DNA of 57,868 nucleotides from Magnetococcales bacterium HA3dbin3 (GCA_002753495.1 PEAJ01000001.1:1-57868), one strand, 5' to 3'. Shown: positions 20,032-29,288, counted from the stretch's first letter. Translations and numbers: made by a program. The notes: generated by a model from the sequence alone, not told the origin.

Positions 20032-21543
20032 TTAGGAACGGGCGGAGGCCTTTTTGGAACCGCTTTTGATGCCGTTCAGGGCGTATTCCAGGAGGACCGA
20101 CGCAAAACCAAAAAGATCCTTCCATCGCCTGAGGAGGGCGTGGACCTTCTGCCAGGGGCCGTAGTTGACGAGCCAGTTGGCGATCCCCTGCAGCCGGCGC
20201 AGATCCCTGCCAGTCCACTCGGGGGTTTCGATCTGTGGGACACCGGTGGTCATGTTCTCAGCCGAGGCATTGGCTGTCAAGTACCCTTTTGCCACGGCCT
20301 GGTCGTAGAGCCGCGTGCCAAACAGGGGGGTGGCGATGTGAAACCCGGCCCGGTTCATGCCCAGTCGTTTGAGCCTGTAGGCGTAAAAGATGGTTCCCCA
20401 GATGTCGGATTTTCTCTCGCCGATCAGCCCCATGACAAACGAGCCGTCGACGGCGACCTTGTACCTGGCAAACAGCCGCACCGACTGTTCCACCTCCTTC
20501 AGGTCCATCTTCTTCTGGATGATCGTGTTCACCACGTGCTGCACGCCGGACTCCGGGGCGACAAAAACCCGCCGGCATCCTGATTCGGCCATGCTGCGAA
20601 TAAGGGGTTCCCCCAGCTTGTCGGCGCGAATGCCGTTGGGGGTACTCCAGGTGAATTGGTAGCCGCGCGCCACGATGCGCTGGCACATGTCCTGAATCCG
20701 TTCCTGATGAAAGGTGAGGTTGTCATCCTCGAAGTTGATATGCCTGACCCCGTATTTTTCAACCAAACGCTCGATTTCGAGCATAACATTGTCGATGCTG
20801 CGTGTCCGGAACTTCTTGCCCATCGAAAGGTGAATACTGCAGAAGCAGCAATTGTACGGGCAACCACGGCTGGTAATCATGCTTGCCCAGCGATGGTGAT
20901 AGACGTAATCCGCGCGTGCGCCGGCGCCCCCTTCAAAGGCATCGAAGTAAAGCTGCATTGGCAACAAATGGTGAGCTGGCAGCGGGATGGCGTCGAGGTC
21001 GTTGTTCATCGGGCGGCTGGTGGTCAGCTTGGCCACACCGTTTTCCTTGTAGCCCAACCCTTTGATATCAGGCAGCGTGGCCAATTTTCCGCTCTCAAGA
21101 ACGGTAACCAGCTCCTGCATCGCCTGTTCCCCCTCGCCGATGACGATATAGTCCACCTGAGGTTCGTTCAGGGTCTCAAGCGGGCGTACCGAGGGGTGCG
21201 GCCCCCCCAGGACGGTAATGATCGCTGGATTGACCTCCTTGGCGATCGCCGCCACGCGCAGGGAGCAGGCGGCGTTGGTGGAGAAGGGGATGGTGATGCC
21301 GACGATATCCGGCGCGGCACGGACGATCCGCTCGCGAATCTCATCGAAGGTGAGACCAATACCGTGTTTGTCAGCTTCTTTGGATGCGCGCTGCCACCCC
21401 TCGACGTTGGCATCGAGGATGGAGACCGCGTGCGTGTGTTCAAGCACGGCGGCGATGTAGGCAATCCCGAGCGGCATGAAGATCAAGGGATCGCCGACGG
21501 CCTTGTTGACGAGAAGCGGGGGATTGATGAACAGGATTTTCAT
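20032..21543 (-). CDS. B12-binding-domain radical SAM protein
   Basis: 503 aa. MKILFINPP...PLGIAYIAAVL...VGITIPFS...VLGGPHPS (cobalamin-binding-like region), then TSRGCPYNCCFCS (CxxxCxxC). Confidence 0.85.
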   Translation of the reverse strand: MKILFINPPLLVNKAVGDPLIFMPLGIAYIAAVLEHTHAVSILDANVEGWQRASKEADKHGIGLTFDEIRERIVRAAPDIVGITIPFSTNAACSLRVAAIAKEVNPAIITVLGGPHPSVRPLETLNEPQVDYIVIGEGEQAMQELVTVLESGKLATLPDIKGLGYKENGVAKLTTSRPMNNDLDAIPLPAHHLLPMQLYFDAFEGGAGARADYVYHHRWASMITSRGCPYNCCFCSIHLSMGKKFRTRSIDNVMLEIERLVEKYGVRHINFEDDNLTFHQERIQDMCQRIVARGYQFTWSTPNGIRADKLGEPLIRSMAESGCRRVFVAPESGVQHVVNTIIQKKMDLKEVEQSVRLFARYKVAVDGSFVMGLIGERKSDIWGTIFYAYRLKRLGMNRAGFHIATPLFGTRLYDQAVAKGYLTANASAENMTTGVPQIETPEWTGRDLRRLQGIANWLVNYGPWQKVHALLRRWKDLFGFASVLLEYALNGIKSGSKKASARS

Positions 21544-23027
21544 GATCCGGACCTTTCAGCGGGGGCCGCTGTGCCCTGGTTGCGCCGCAGCAGGCCGACG
21601 ATGACACCCCAATCTTCCCGGTTGATACCGCCCACCATGACCATCGCTGCCAGGTAGATCAACGTCGAAAGGGTGATGGCCAGGTACATATTGAGGTGTG
21701 CGGCCAACAGCCAAGCGCCCACGGCAGCCACCGCAGCCGAACCGGCGACCCGCAAGAAATGCTTGGCAAAAGGACCGCGTAGCAGCCCTTCCTCGAACCT
21801 GAAGCGGGAACGTGCCGCTGCCAGCACCGTCGACAGGGTGATCACCGACTCCGAGGCGACGGTGGCAAAACTTGCACCAACGAGTCCATAATGCGGGATG
21901 AGGAGCAGGTTAAGCAAGACATTGGTGGTCGCTGCCGCGCCACAGATCTTGGTCAGCAAAAGTTGCTCGTTGGTCGACTCCAGCAGGCGCACAAAGGCGC
22001 CGTTGATCGACATCAAAACGCAACAGACCATCAAGATGCGCAACGCCACCGCCGACGGTGCGTAGGCGGTTCCATACAAAATCTGAACGACCTCATCCGA
22101 AAAAATCGCCATTTCAACGGCTATAATACAACCGATGGTGAGCAGGTATTTATAGTATTTGAAGTAGACAGTCCGCAGATGTTTGGGATCTGTCTTGAAC
22201 ATCTGCGCCATCACCGGGAAAACGACAACACTGACCACCGATGGAATGAACAATGTGACCAGAAACACCCGGTAGGCGGCATTATACCACCCGACCACCG
22301 CATCCCCATGCGACAGGGAGAGCATCACCGTACCGATCCAGTGATAGATGATCTCGAAGATACCCACCAGGCCGAACGGCGTTGCCTCACGGATCTTTTC
22401 GCGGATGAAGGCGCGATCCATGCGCAGGGCGAGAGCCGGGTACTCCTTGCCAAAGGCGACCGTGCAATAGGCGAGGATCGACGTGTTGATCAGGAGGTAA
22501 ACCCAGGCCAGAAAGATGACGCCAAGACCCTGTCGCTCGGCGAGAAAGGCCGTCACCACCAGCACCACGCCGCGAAATATGGTGGCGAAGGATTCAAAGC
22601 GCATATTCTGCTGGGACTGAAAGACCGCATAGTAGTTGGTGATGATCGCCTCCAGCAGAAAGGCAACCGTGAGAATGTAGACCACCTGTCGTGTCAGCGG
22701 TGGATAGCCCATGAGGTTGACCACGACCACCATCACCACGGCAACCGGGATGGCAATCAGCACCTTCAGGGCGATGATCTTGCCGGTGTAGTCGCTGACC
22801 GCCTCCGGCTCCCGTGCCAAGTCGCGCACGTGTACCTTGCGCAGGCCGATGTTGACAATACCACCAAAGATGCCGGTAAAGACCAGACCAAAGGAGAGAA
22901 CGCCAAACCCCTCCGGTCTCAATACCCGGGCGATGACCAGCATATAGACGAAATTGAGCAGCTGCGCCATGAACTGGGCAGAAAGGATGTAGAGGAGGTT
23001 TTTGGCAATTTTTCTTATGTTGACCAT
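21540..23027 (-). CDS. polysaccharide flippase (Wzx / MOP superfamily)
   Basis: ORF 21540..23108; ATG 23027 (MVNIRKIAKNLLYILSAQFMAQLLNF) is preferred. About 12-14 TM segments. 4-nt overlap with the downstream radical SAM gene. Confidence 0.75.
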   Translation of the reverse strand: MVNIRKIAKNLLYILSAQFMAQLLNFVYMLVIARVLRPEGFGVLSFGLVFTGIFGGIVNIGLRKVHVRDLAREPEAVSDYTGKIIALKVLIAIPVAVVMVVVVNLMGYPPLTRQVVYILTVAFLLEAIITNYYAVFQSQQNMRFESFATIFRGVVLVVTAFLAERQGLGVIFLAWVYLLINTSILAYCTVAFGKEYPALALRMDRAFIREKIREATPFGLVGIFEIIYHWIGTVMLSLSHGDAVVGWYNAAYRVFLVTLFIPSVVSVVVFPVMAQMFKTDPKHLRTVYFKYYKYLLTIGCIIAVEMAIFSDEVVQILYGTAYAPSAVALRILMVCCVLMSINGAFVRLLESTNEQLLLTKICGAAATTNVLLNLLLIPHYGLVGASFATVASESVITLSTVLAAARSRFRFEEGLLRGPFAKHFLRVAGSAAVAAVGAWLLAAHLNMYLAITLSTLIYLAAMVMVGGINREDWGVIVGLLRRNQGTAAPAERSGS

Positions 23028-23273
23028 GGCCCATCGTCCACGCTGTCGGCTGGCGACAGACGCGATTTCCGGCCGCCACCGACAAACCCGCGCCAGGGGT
23101 TGGGTCATGCCGGCGGAGGAGGGGTGACGATCATGCGTGTGCGTGCCTTATTCCAATTCCATATCAAGCGGCAACTTCGTTGGCCGCCTTGTTCACTCCT
23201 CGCCGTACCAAACACGTACCGTATCGTCGCTCACGCGTTGCCGCCTTGTTGCCATCTTGATCTGTGATTGGAA

Positions 23274-24185
23274 TTAGCTTTGATCCCGCCACCACTGGAT
23301 CGTTTGTTCGAGGCCGGTCGGCAGGTCGTAGCGCGGTGTCCACCCCACCTCCTGCGTCAGGCGGCGCACGTCGGCGACCACCAGCGGCGCCTCGTCAGGG
23401 GGAACGGCCACCGCGCCCAGGCGCACCAGGTCGCGCCGCCCAATCTGATCGGCAAGGGCATGGATGATCTCCCGCAACCGCACCGGTTGGCCAGAGGCGA
23501 TGTTGACGACCCCGGTGACGTCGCTTGCGAGCAGCACGGCAAATCCGGACGCAACGTCGTCGACATGCAGAAAGTCGCGAATCTGTTCGCCATGCGAACA
23601 AGCCGCCGGCTCGCCGCGCAACAGGCTGCGCACGACGTGCGGCACCAGACGATTCGGGTATTCGTGCGGGCCGTAGAGAAAAAAGACCCGGCCGCTGGCC
23701 ACGCTCAGACCGGTGCGGGCGGCAAATCCCTCGCTCATGCGCCACAGGCTATTCTTGCAGATCGAGTAGAGGGTTTTGGTTCGCGTCGGGGTGATCTGCT
23801 CGGAGCAGAATCCATGGGACCAGTCATACTCGGCGCAGGAGCCGGCGAGAACGGCCCGCTGGCCACCACAAGCCTGGAAAGCCTCGATCAAAGCCAGCGA
23901 GGCCTGCACCCAACGCAGATTCCCCGGCGTCGTCCAGCAGACTCCGGGCGTGGCGTTCCAGGCGAGGTGGAGCAGGTGGGTCGGCTGCGCGGCGGCGAAC
24001 AGGGTGGCATGGCTGCCGATATCGAGCAGGTTGAGCGGGTGCCATACCACGTCGCGCACAACCTCCGCACCCGCGAGGGCATCCAAGGCCGTGGCATGAA
24101 CCTCGAAGCCACGCTCCAGCAGATGGCGCAAGAGAGGACGACCAATAAAGCCCGACGCCCCGGTGACCAGCACCCGCCTCTTCAC
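23274..24185 (-). CDS. NAD(P)-dependent sugar epimerase/reductase (extended SDR)
   Basis: VLVTGASGFIG Rossmann motif and YSICK (YxxxK). 4-nt overlap with the upstream RmlC-like gene. Confidence 0.85.
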   Translation of the reverse strand: MKRRVLVTGASGFIGRPLLRHLLERGFEVHATALDALAGAEVVRDVVWHPLNLLDIGSHATLFAAAQPTHLLHLAWNATPGVCWTTPGNLRWVQASLALIEAFQACGGQRAVLAGSCAEYDWSHGFCSEQITPTRTKTLYSICKNSLWRMSEGFAARTGLSVASGRVFFLYGPHEYPNRLVPHVVRSLLRGEPAACSHGEQIRDFLHVDDVASGFAVLLASDVTGVVNIASGQPVRLREIIHALADQIGRRDLVRLGAVAVPPDEAPLVVADVRRLTQEVGWTPRYDLPTGLEQTIQWWRDQS

Positions 24186-24712
24186 GATGACAACCTCGGC
24201 AAGGCACGGTCCCGCTCTGACAGGATACGTTCATCCTCTGGCCAGGCGATGTTCAAGGTGGGGTCGTCCCAAACCACGCCGCGCGCGGCCTCGGGATGGT
24301 AAAAGGTAGACATGAGATAGAACAGCTCCGAATTCGGGACAAGGGTCTGGAAACCATGGGCAAACCCGGCCGGAATGTAGAGCATGCGGCGATTGTCGGC
24401 GCTCAGCTCGACACCGAACCAATGGGCATGGGTCGGCGAACCGGGACGCAGGTCAACGATCACATCGTAGACCGCCCCGGCGGTGCAGCGCACCACCTTG
24501 ATCTCGGCGTGCGGGGCACACTGGTAGTGCAACCCGCGCAACGTCCCCTTGGCAACGTTGAAGGAGATGTTGTGCTGCACCCACTGTCCGTTCAGTCCGT
24601 GTGCCTGAAACTCCTCGACACAAAAAGTGCGGGCGAAAAATCCGCGCGGATCATGCCGGGGTTCGGGGTCGACCCGATAGGCCCCAGCCAGGGGAGTCTC
24701 CTGGAACAGCAT
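24182..24712 (-). CDS. NDP-4-keto-6-deoxyhexose 3,5-epimerase (RmlC-like cupin)
   Basis: 176 aa. DPRGFFARTF, GTLRGLHYQ and PAGFAHGFQTL are classical RmlC-family blocks. Confidence 0.88.
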   Translation of the reverse strand: MLFQETPLAGAYRVDPEPRHDPRGFFARTFCVEEFQAHGLNGQWVQHNISFNVAKGTLRGLHYQCAPHAEIKVVRCTAGAVYDVIVDLRPGSPTHAHWFGVELSADNRRMLYIPAGFAHGFQTLVPNSELFYLMSTFYHPEAARGVVWDDPTLNIAWPEDERILSERDRALPRLSS

Positions 24713-24724
24713 GTCCGGGCCGCC

Positions 24725-25957
24725 TCAAAAAATCCGCAACTCGGGGACGGCAACGACAAAACGCCCCCCCCACGACCGCACCGTGGCGAGTTGGGCAACG
24801 ATCTCTTCCTTGAGGTTCCATGGCAGGATGAGGATGTAATCCGGGCGGGCCTCTTCAATCGCCTCCGGGGCGCGAATCGGGATGTGCGTGCCGGGAAGGT
24901 AGAGGTTCTGCTTGTGCGGGTTGCGATCGACGGTGAAGGGGAGCTGTTTCGGGGTGATGCCGCAATAGTTGAGCAGCGTGTTGCCCTTGGCCGGGGCGCC
25001 ATATCCCGCGATCGTCTGGCCGGCAGTGCGCGCGGCGGCAAAAAAGGCAACCAGGTCACGGCGGATGTGTTCCACTTGTTGCTGGAAGGCGCCATAGGTC
25101 TCGATGCGGTCGTAGCCCAGGGCGCGTTCGCGCGCGGTCAGGTCGTGCACGGCGGCGCTGACCTGCCTGCTGGTGTCCGTGTCGTGGGCAGCGTGGATAC
25201 GCAACGAGCCGCCATGCGTTGGCAGCTCCTCGACATCAAAAATGGCCAAGCCATGCCTGGCAAACACCGCGCACACGGTCAGGAACGAAAAATAGGAGAA
25301 GTGTTCGTGGTAGATGGTATCGAACTGGCTCCCCTCGACCAGACGCTGCAGGTGGGGAAACTCCATGGTGATGACCCCGGTTGGCTTCAAGGCAATCTGC
25401 AAGCCGGCGACGAAGTCGTTGAGGTCGGGGACGTGCGCGAGGACGTTGTTGCCAATCAGCAGGTCGGCTTGCAGGGATTGCGCGACGAGCATCCTCGCCG
25501 TTTCGGTGCCGAAGAATCGCACCCAGGTGGCGATGCCGCGATCGCTTGCCGCGCGTGCGCAGTTGGCGGCCGGTTCGACCCCGAGCACGGGCACGCCCCG
25601 ACGCTGGAAAAATTGCAGCAGATAGCCATCGTTGCTGGCAATCTCGATCACTTGGCTGCCGGCGTGCAGACCCAGTTTTTGCGTCATTGTTCCAGCGTAG
25701 GTCTCGACGTGGCGCAGCCAGGAGTCGGAGAAGGAAGAGAAATAGGCATAGTCGCTGAAGATGTCACCTGGCGCGGCAAACTCCTCCAGTTGCACGAGAA
25801 AGCAGGATCTGCAAACCCGCGCGCAGAGCGGGTGAAAGGGCTCCTCGCGATCGAGTTGCTCTGGTCGAAGAAACCCGTTGGCGAGCGGGCTTCGCCCGAG
25901 GTCGGCGAAGATATCCCGGACCGGCTGACCACAAAATCGGCATTCAGGCATGGTCAT
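24725..25957 (-). CDS. NDP-hexose C-methyltransferase (class I SAM-dependent, TylCIII-like architecture)
   Basis: 410 aa. N-terminal Zn-ribbon (CRFCGQPV...CRSCFLVQL), a central methyltransferase domain (VIEIASNDGYLL) and a C-terminal C-methyltransferase-type domain. Confidence 0.8.
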   Translation of the reverse strand: MTMPECRFCGQPVRDIFADLGRSPLANGFLRPEQLDREEPFHPLCARVCRSCFLVQLEEFAAPGDIFSDYAYFSSFSDSWLRHVETYAGTMTQKLGLHAGSQVIEIASNDGYLLQFFQRRGVPVLGVEPAANCARAASDRGIATWVRFFGTETARMLVAQSLQADLLIGNNVLAHVPDLNDFVAGLQIALKPTGVITMEFPHLQRLVEGSQFDTIYHEHFSYFSFLTVCAVFARHGLAIFDVEELPTHGGSLRIHAAHDTDTSRQVSAAVHDLTARERALGYDRIETYGAFQQQVEHIRRDLVAFFAAARTAGQTIAGYGAPAKGNTLLNYCGITPKQLPFTVDRNPHKQNLYLPGTHIPIRAPEAIEEARPDYILILPWNLKEEIVAQLATVRSWGGRFVVAVPELRIF

Positions 25958-27041
25958 GGTAGCGGCTCATCTCCTGATAGAGGGCAATCTGTTCCATGCA
26001 CACCGTGCGCATATCCGCCTGTTCGCCATGGTGACGATACCACTCCAGGGTGTGGCTCAGGGCCAGATCGAGGCGCCAGGTGGGAAACCATCGCAAACGG
26101 GCCTTGGCTTTGCTGCTGTCCAGCTTGAGGAAGTTGGCCTCGTGGACGTGCTCACGCCGGTCCAGGGTCCAGCTGGCGCCAGGGCCCCAGCGATTGACGA
26201 GTTGCTCGACGATCCAGGCTACCGGTTTGGCGTCGTTGTCTTCGGGGCCGAAGTTCCAGGCTTCGGCGAAGGTGCGGCCGCTGCCGGGGTCGAAGAGCCG
26301 CTCGACGAGCATCAGATAGCCGCGCAGGGGGTCGAGGACGTGCTGCCAGGGGCGGGTCATCGTCGGGTTGCGGATCAGCACCGACTCGCCGCGCGCGAAG
26401 GCACGCATGATGTCCGGAACCAGACGATCGCTGGCCCAGTCGCCGCCGCCAATGATATTGCCCACCCGTACCGAGGCGATGCGCGGCGGCTGCGTCTCCC
26501 CCTTATGCAGGGTGAAGTAAGAGTGGCGGTAGGAGCCGATCAACAGTTCGGCCGCCGCCTTGCTGCTGCTGTAGGGGTCATGGCCGCCAAGGGGGTCGAC
26601 CTCCCGATAACCCCAGTGCCAGCCTTTGTTTTCGTAGCACTTGTCGGTGGTGACGAGCACCGCCGCCTGCACGCAGCCGGCGTGGCGGATCGCCTCCAAC
26701 ACATGCAGGGTGCCCATGACGTTGCTGGCGTAGGTTTCGACCGGTGCCGCGTAGGAGTGGCGTACCAAAGGCTGTGCCGCCAGGTGAAAGACCACCTCCG
26801 GTTGTGTTTCCAGAACGAGTTTTTGCAGTCGTTCCAGTTCGCTCAAGTTACCGATGACATGGTCGATTCCCTCACCGACCCGAGCAACCTCGAACAGGCT
26901 TGGCTGACTCGGCGGGGGTAGGGCGTAGCCGGTCACCTTGGCGCCCAGATGCGCAAGCCACAGGGTCAACCACCCCCCCATGAACCCGGTGTGGCCGGTG
27001 ACCAGGACACGCCGGTTATGCCAGAACGCGGGGTTAATCAC
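25944..27041 (-). CDS. rfbG: CDP-glucose 4,6-dehydratase
   Basis: INPAFWHNRRVLVTGHTGFMGGWLTLWL is the characteristic RfbG N-terminus; YSSSK is present. Start placed at GTG 27041, which forms GTGA with the rfbF stop. The ORF's upstream ATG at 27074 is an alternative. Confidence 0.88.
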   Translation of the reverse strand: MINPAFWHNRRVLVTGHTGFMGGWLTLWLAHLGAKVTGYALPPPSQPSLFEVARVGEGIDHVIGNLSELERLQKLVLETQPEVVFHLAAQPLVRHSYAAPVETYASNVMGTLHVLEAIRHAGCVQAAVLVTTDKCYENKGWHWGYREVDPLGGHDPYSSSKAAAELLIGSYRHSYFTLHKGETQPPRIASVRVGNIIGGGDWASDRLVPDIMRAFARGESVLIRNPTMTRPWQHVLDPLRGYLMLVERLFDPGSGRTFAEAWNFGPEDNDAKPVAWIVEQLVNRWGPGASWTLDRREHVHEANFLKLDSSKAKARLRWFPTWRLDLALSHTLEWYRHHGEQADMRTVCMEQIALYQEMSRYHDHA

Positions 27042-27808
27042 CAGCGTTTCCAGGGGGCCTGACCGCTTTGCCACAGGCTTTCAAGGTGGCGTTTGTCGCG
27101 CAGGGTATCCATGGGTTGCCAGAAGCCATCATGCTGGTAGGCCATGAGCTGTTGCTGTTTGGCGAGCGTCTCCAGGGGTTCTTGTTCCCAGGTGGTCGTG
27201 TCATCGGCGATCAGGTCGATCACTTGGGGCGAGAGGACAAAAAAGCCGCCATTGACGAGTCCCTGATCACCGGTAGGCTTTTCCTTGAAGTGCTCAACCC
27301 GACCATCCACCACCGCAACCGCGCCAAAGCGTGCCATCGGGCGTGTCACGGTCATCGTAGCAAGCTTGCCATGCTGGCGGTGGAAGGCGATGGTGGCCTG
27401 AATGTCGACATCGGCGACGCCATCGCCGTAGGTGAAGCAAAAGCACGCCTCGTCTTTCACGTAATCGCGCACGCGCCGCAGACGCCCGCCGGTCATGGTC
27501 GACACGCCGGTATCGACCAGGGTGATGCGCCAGGGCTCGGTCTGGCAGTTGTGAAACGCGACGTGATTGTCCGCCAGGCTGAACGTCACATCGGAGACGT
27601 GGAGGAGGTAGTTGGAGAAGTACTCCTTGATCATGTACCCCTTGTAGCCGCAGCAGACGACAAAGTCGTGAATGCCGTGGCTGGAGTAGATCTTCATGAT
27701 GTGCCAGAGGATCGGTTTATCGCCGACCTCCACCATGGGCTTGGGCTTGGTGTCGGTCTCCTCGCTCAACCGTGTCCCCAGGCCACCGGCCAGGATCACC
27801 GCCTTCAT
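27038..27808 (-). CDS. rfbF: glucose-1-phosphate cytidylyltransferase
   Basis: MKAVILAGGLGTRLSEETDTKPKPMVEVGDKPILWHIMKIYSSHGIHDFVVCCGYKGYMIKEYF closely resembles the RfbF N-terminus as I recall it. Confidence 0.93.
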   Translation of the reverse strand: MKAVILAGGLGTRLSEETDTKPKPMVEVGDKPILWHIMKIYSSHGIHDFVVCCGYKGYMIKEYFSNYLLHVSDVTFSLADNHVAFHNCQTEPWRITLVDTGVSTMTGGRLRRVRDYVKDEACFCFTYGDGVADVDIQATIAFHRQHGKLATMTVTRPMARFGAVAVVDGRVEHFKEKPTGDQGLVNGGFFVLSPQVIDLIADDTTTWEQEPLETLAKQQQLMAYQHDGFWQPMDTLRDKRHLESLWQSGQAPWKRW

Positions 27809-28005
27809 GGCAAGACTCCCGAAGGGGGACTTGTTCGGGGGCTGCCCATCCGTTTCACGACCTTCAATTCAGGTGACCTCGGTCCGAAAGCGCCAACGCC
27901 AAACCTCAACCCAAAACGATAGACGGGGCGAGGGTACCCAAACCGGCCTCAGCCTGTCAACCAAAAGGCCCAGCCCGTCCAGGGCAATCGTATCTGCTTT
28001 CGCGA

Positions 28006-28353
28006 TCAGGCGGCATGGAGTGGAATGATCTTCCCGCGCAGTTTCTCAAGCAGCGAATTTTTGGCTGTGTCCATGTCGTATTGAGTTTGCAGGCCAAGCC
28101 AATATTCCGGAGAGTGGTCAAAAAACAGGCCCAGGCGAATGGCCATTTCCGCCGTCACTGGTCTTCTGCCATGCACGATGTGGCTGATCCGCATGGCCGT
28201 TACGCCCACGGCCTTGGCAAGCCGATATTGGGTGATTCCCAATTCATCCATGATTTCCCTCAGGAAAACACCCGGGTGTGTGGGGGGAATGCCCCCTTCC
28301 GTTGCCACGTCAGCGAAGTCGATGTGGGAAAGGTCTTCCATTTGGATCGACAT
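28006..28353 (-). CDS. higA: HigA-family antitoxin (XRE HTH)
   Basis: THPGVFLREIMDELGITQYRLAKAVGVTAMRISHIVHGRRPVTAEMAIRLGLFF. Lies directly downstream of a HigB-like gene. Confidence 0.85.
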   Translation of the reverse strand: MSIQMEDLSHIDFADVATEGGIPPTHPGVFLREIMDELGITQYRLAKAVGVTAMRISHIVHGRRPVTAEMAIRLGLFFDHSPEYWLGLQTQYDMDTAKNSLLEKLRGKIIPLHAA

Positions 28354-28362
28354 GTCAGCCTC

Positions 28363-28644
28363 TCAACGATAATCAACAATTTCCACATCAAAAGCATCGC
28401 TGCCCGCAAACCGGAAGCAGATACGCCATCGGCTGTTGATGCGGATGCTCCACTGTCCCTGTCGATCCCCTTTGTGCGTTTCGAGATGGTTGGATGGGGG
28501 AAGACGCAGGTCGTCAACACGCGACGCCCAATGGATCTGGATCAAACGCATCCGAGCGCGAACGGCAACGTCGGAGGGGAAACCCTTAACGAATATCCCC
28601 GCGAATATCGCCGCGCTCCTCTTATCGGAGAAAGTCTTGATCAC
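28363..28644 (-). CDS. higB: HigB-family toxin (RelE/ParE superfamily, plasmid maintenance system killer type)
   Basis: 93 aa. MIKTFSDKRSAAIFAG...LRLPPSNHLETHKGDRQGQWSIRINSRWRICFRF is typical HigB. Toxin-first gene order. Confidence 0.85.
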   Translation of the reverse strand: MIKTFSDKRSAAIFAGIFVKGFPSDVAVRARMRLIQIHWASRVDDLRLPPSNHLETHKGDRQGQWSIRINSRWRICFRFAGSDAFDVEIVDYR

Positions 28645-28792
28645 GGCTGTGGATAGTAAACAAATTGTTTGCTATTGTCAACCCAATCTTCGGGATCCCC
28701 CAGGGCGACCGCACCTGGAAGTTGGCACGTCTGAAAAACCAGAACTGTACGATTTTTAATCCATTGAATTCATTCTTTTGGGTTCTCAGCAA

Positions 28793-29122
28793 CTATCGCC
28801 AGCCTGACTCCTTTTCGCACGCGACCCTGTAGTCGACGTGGGTTTTCTCCCACTGGGTGATGCGCCGCTCATTCTCCGAGCTGCCGTAGACGTCCTGTTT
28901 CTTCCGCATGCAGGCGCAGTATTTGGTCACGACCGCGGGGGGCACTTTCGCTTCCGCGTTATCTTTTTCGCAGAGATGAACGGCATCGGAGGTGGATTTG
29001 GCATCGGGGGCGGATTTGGCATCGGCTTGCCCGGCGACCAGCAGCATGAGGCTTGCCACAAGGACCATTGCATGTCGGCGTGTCACGATCGTCGCTCCTG
29101 ACACCAGCGGGTTGATGGACAT
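28793..29122 (-). CDS. small hypothetical secreted protein
   Basis: 109 aa. Signal-like MVLVASLMLLVAGQADA (alternative start at 29068) and six Cys in the mature part. No recognised family. Confidence 0.5.
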   Translation of the reverse strand: MSINPLVSGATIVTRRHAMVLVASLMLLVAGQADAKSAPDAKSTSDAVHLCEKDNAEAKVPPAVVTKYCACMRKKQDVYGSSENERRITQWEKTHVDYRVACEKESGWR

Positions 29123-29288
29123 CCCGGCGAGAGTCGCGGGAAATGCACCCAGGATACCTGGTTCAGGAACGAAAACGCCACGCCACTTCCTCGGGGACAG
29201 AAGTCGGCGGTTTTTTTTATCCCCAGGTTGCGGCCGCCCCAGCCCTGGTTTGCTGGCACCCGGGTTTGTGGGGAAGGCAAGAAGTCAT

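Noticed and set aside
20009-20218. 70-codon extension of the SPASM-type radical SAM ORF.
   Set aside because: It would overlap the 3' end of the upstream B12-radical-SAM gene by about 190 nt. MIRELK at 20008 leaves a normal 23-nt intergenic gap.
24296-26128. 610-aa plus-strand ORF. Similar very long ORFs occur at 380..1378(-), 1426..2319(-), 2037..3209(-), 16212..17294(+), 18164..19519(+), 21891..23267(+), 25950..26921(+), 37329..38948(+), 40558..42012(-), 47648..49123(-), 50587..52149(-) and 56131..57597(-).
   Set aside because: Each lies antisense to, or out of frame with, a gene that has clear family motifs. Their translations are Gly/Arg/Pro/His/Gln-rich and low in complexity. This is typical of shadow ORFs in high-GC DNA, where stop codons are rare.
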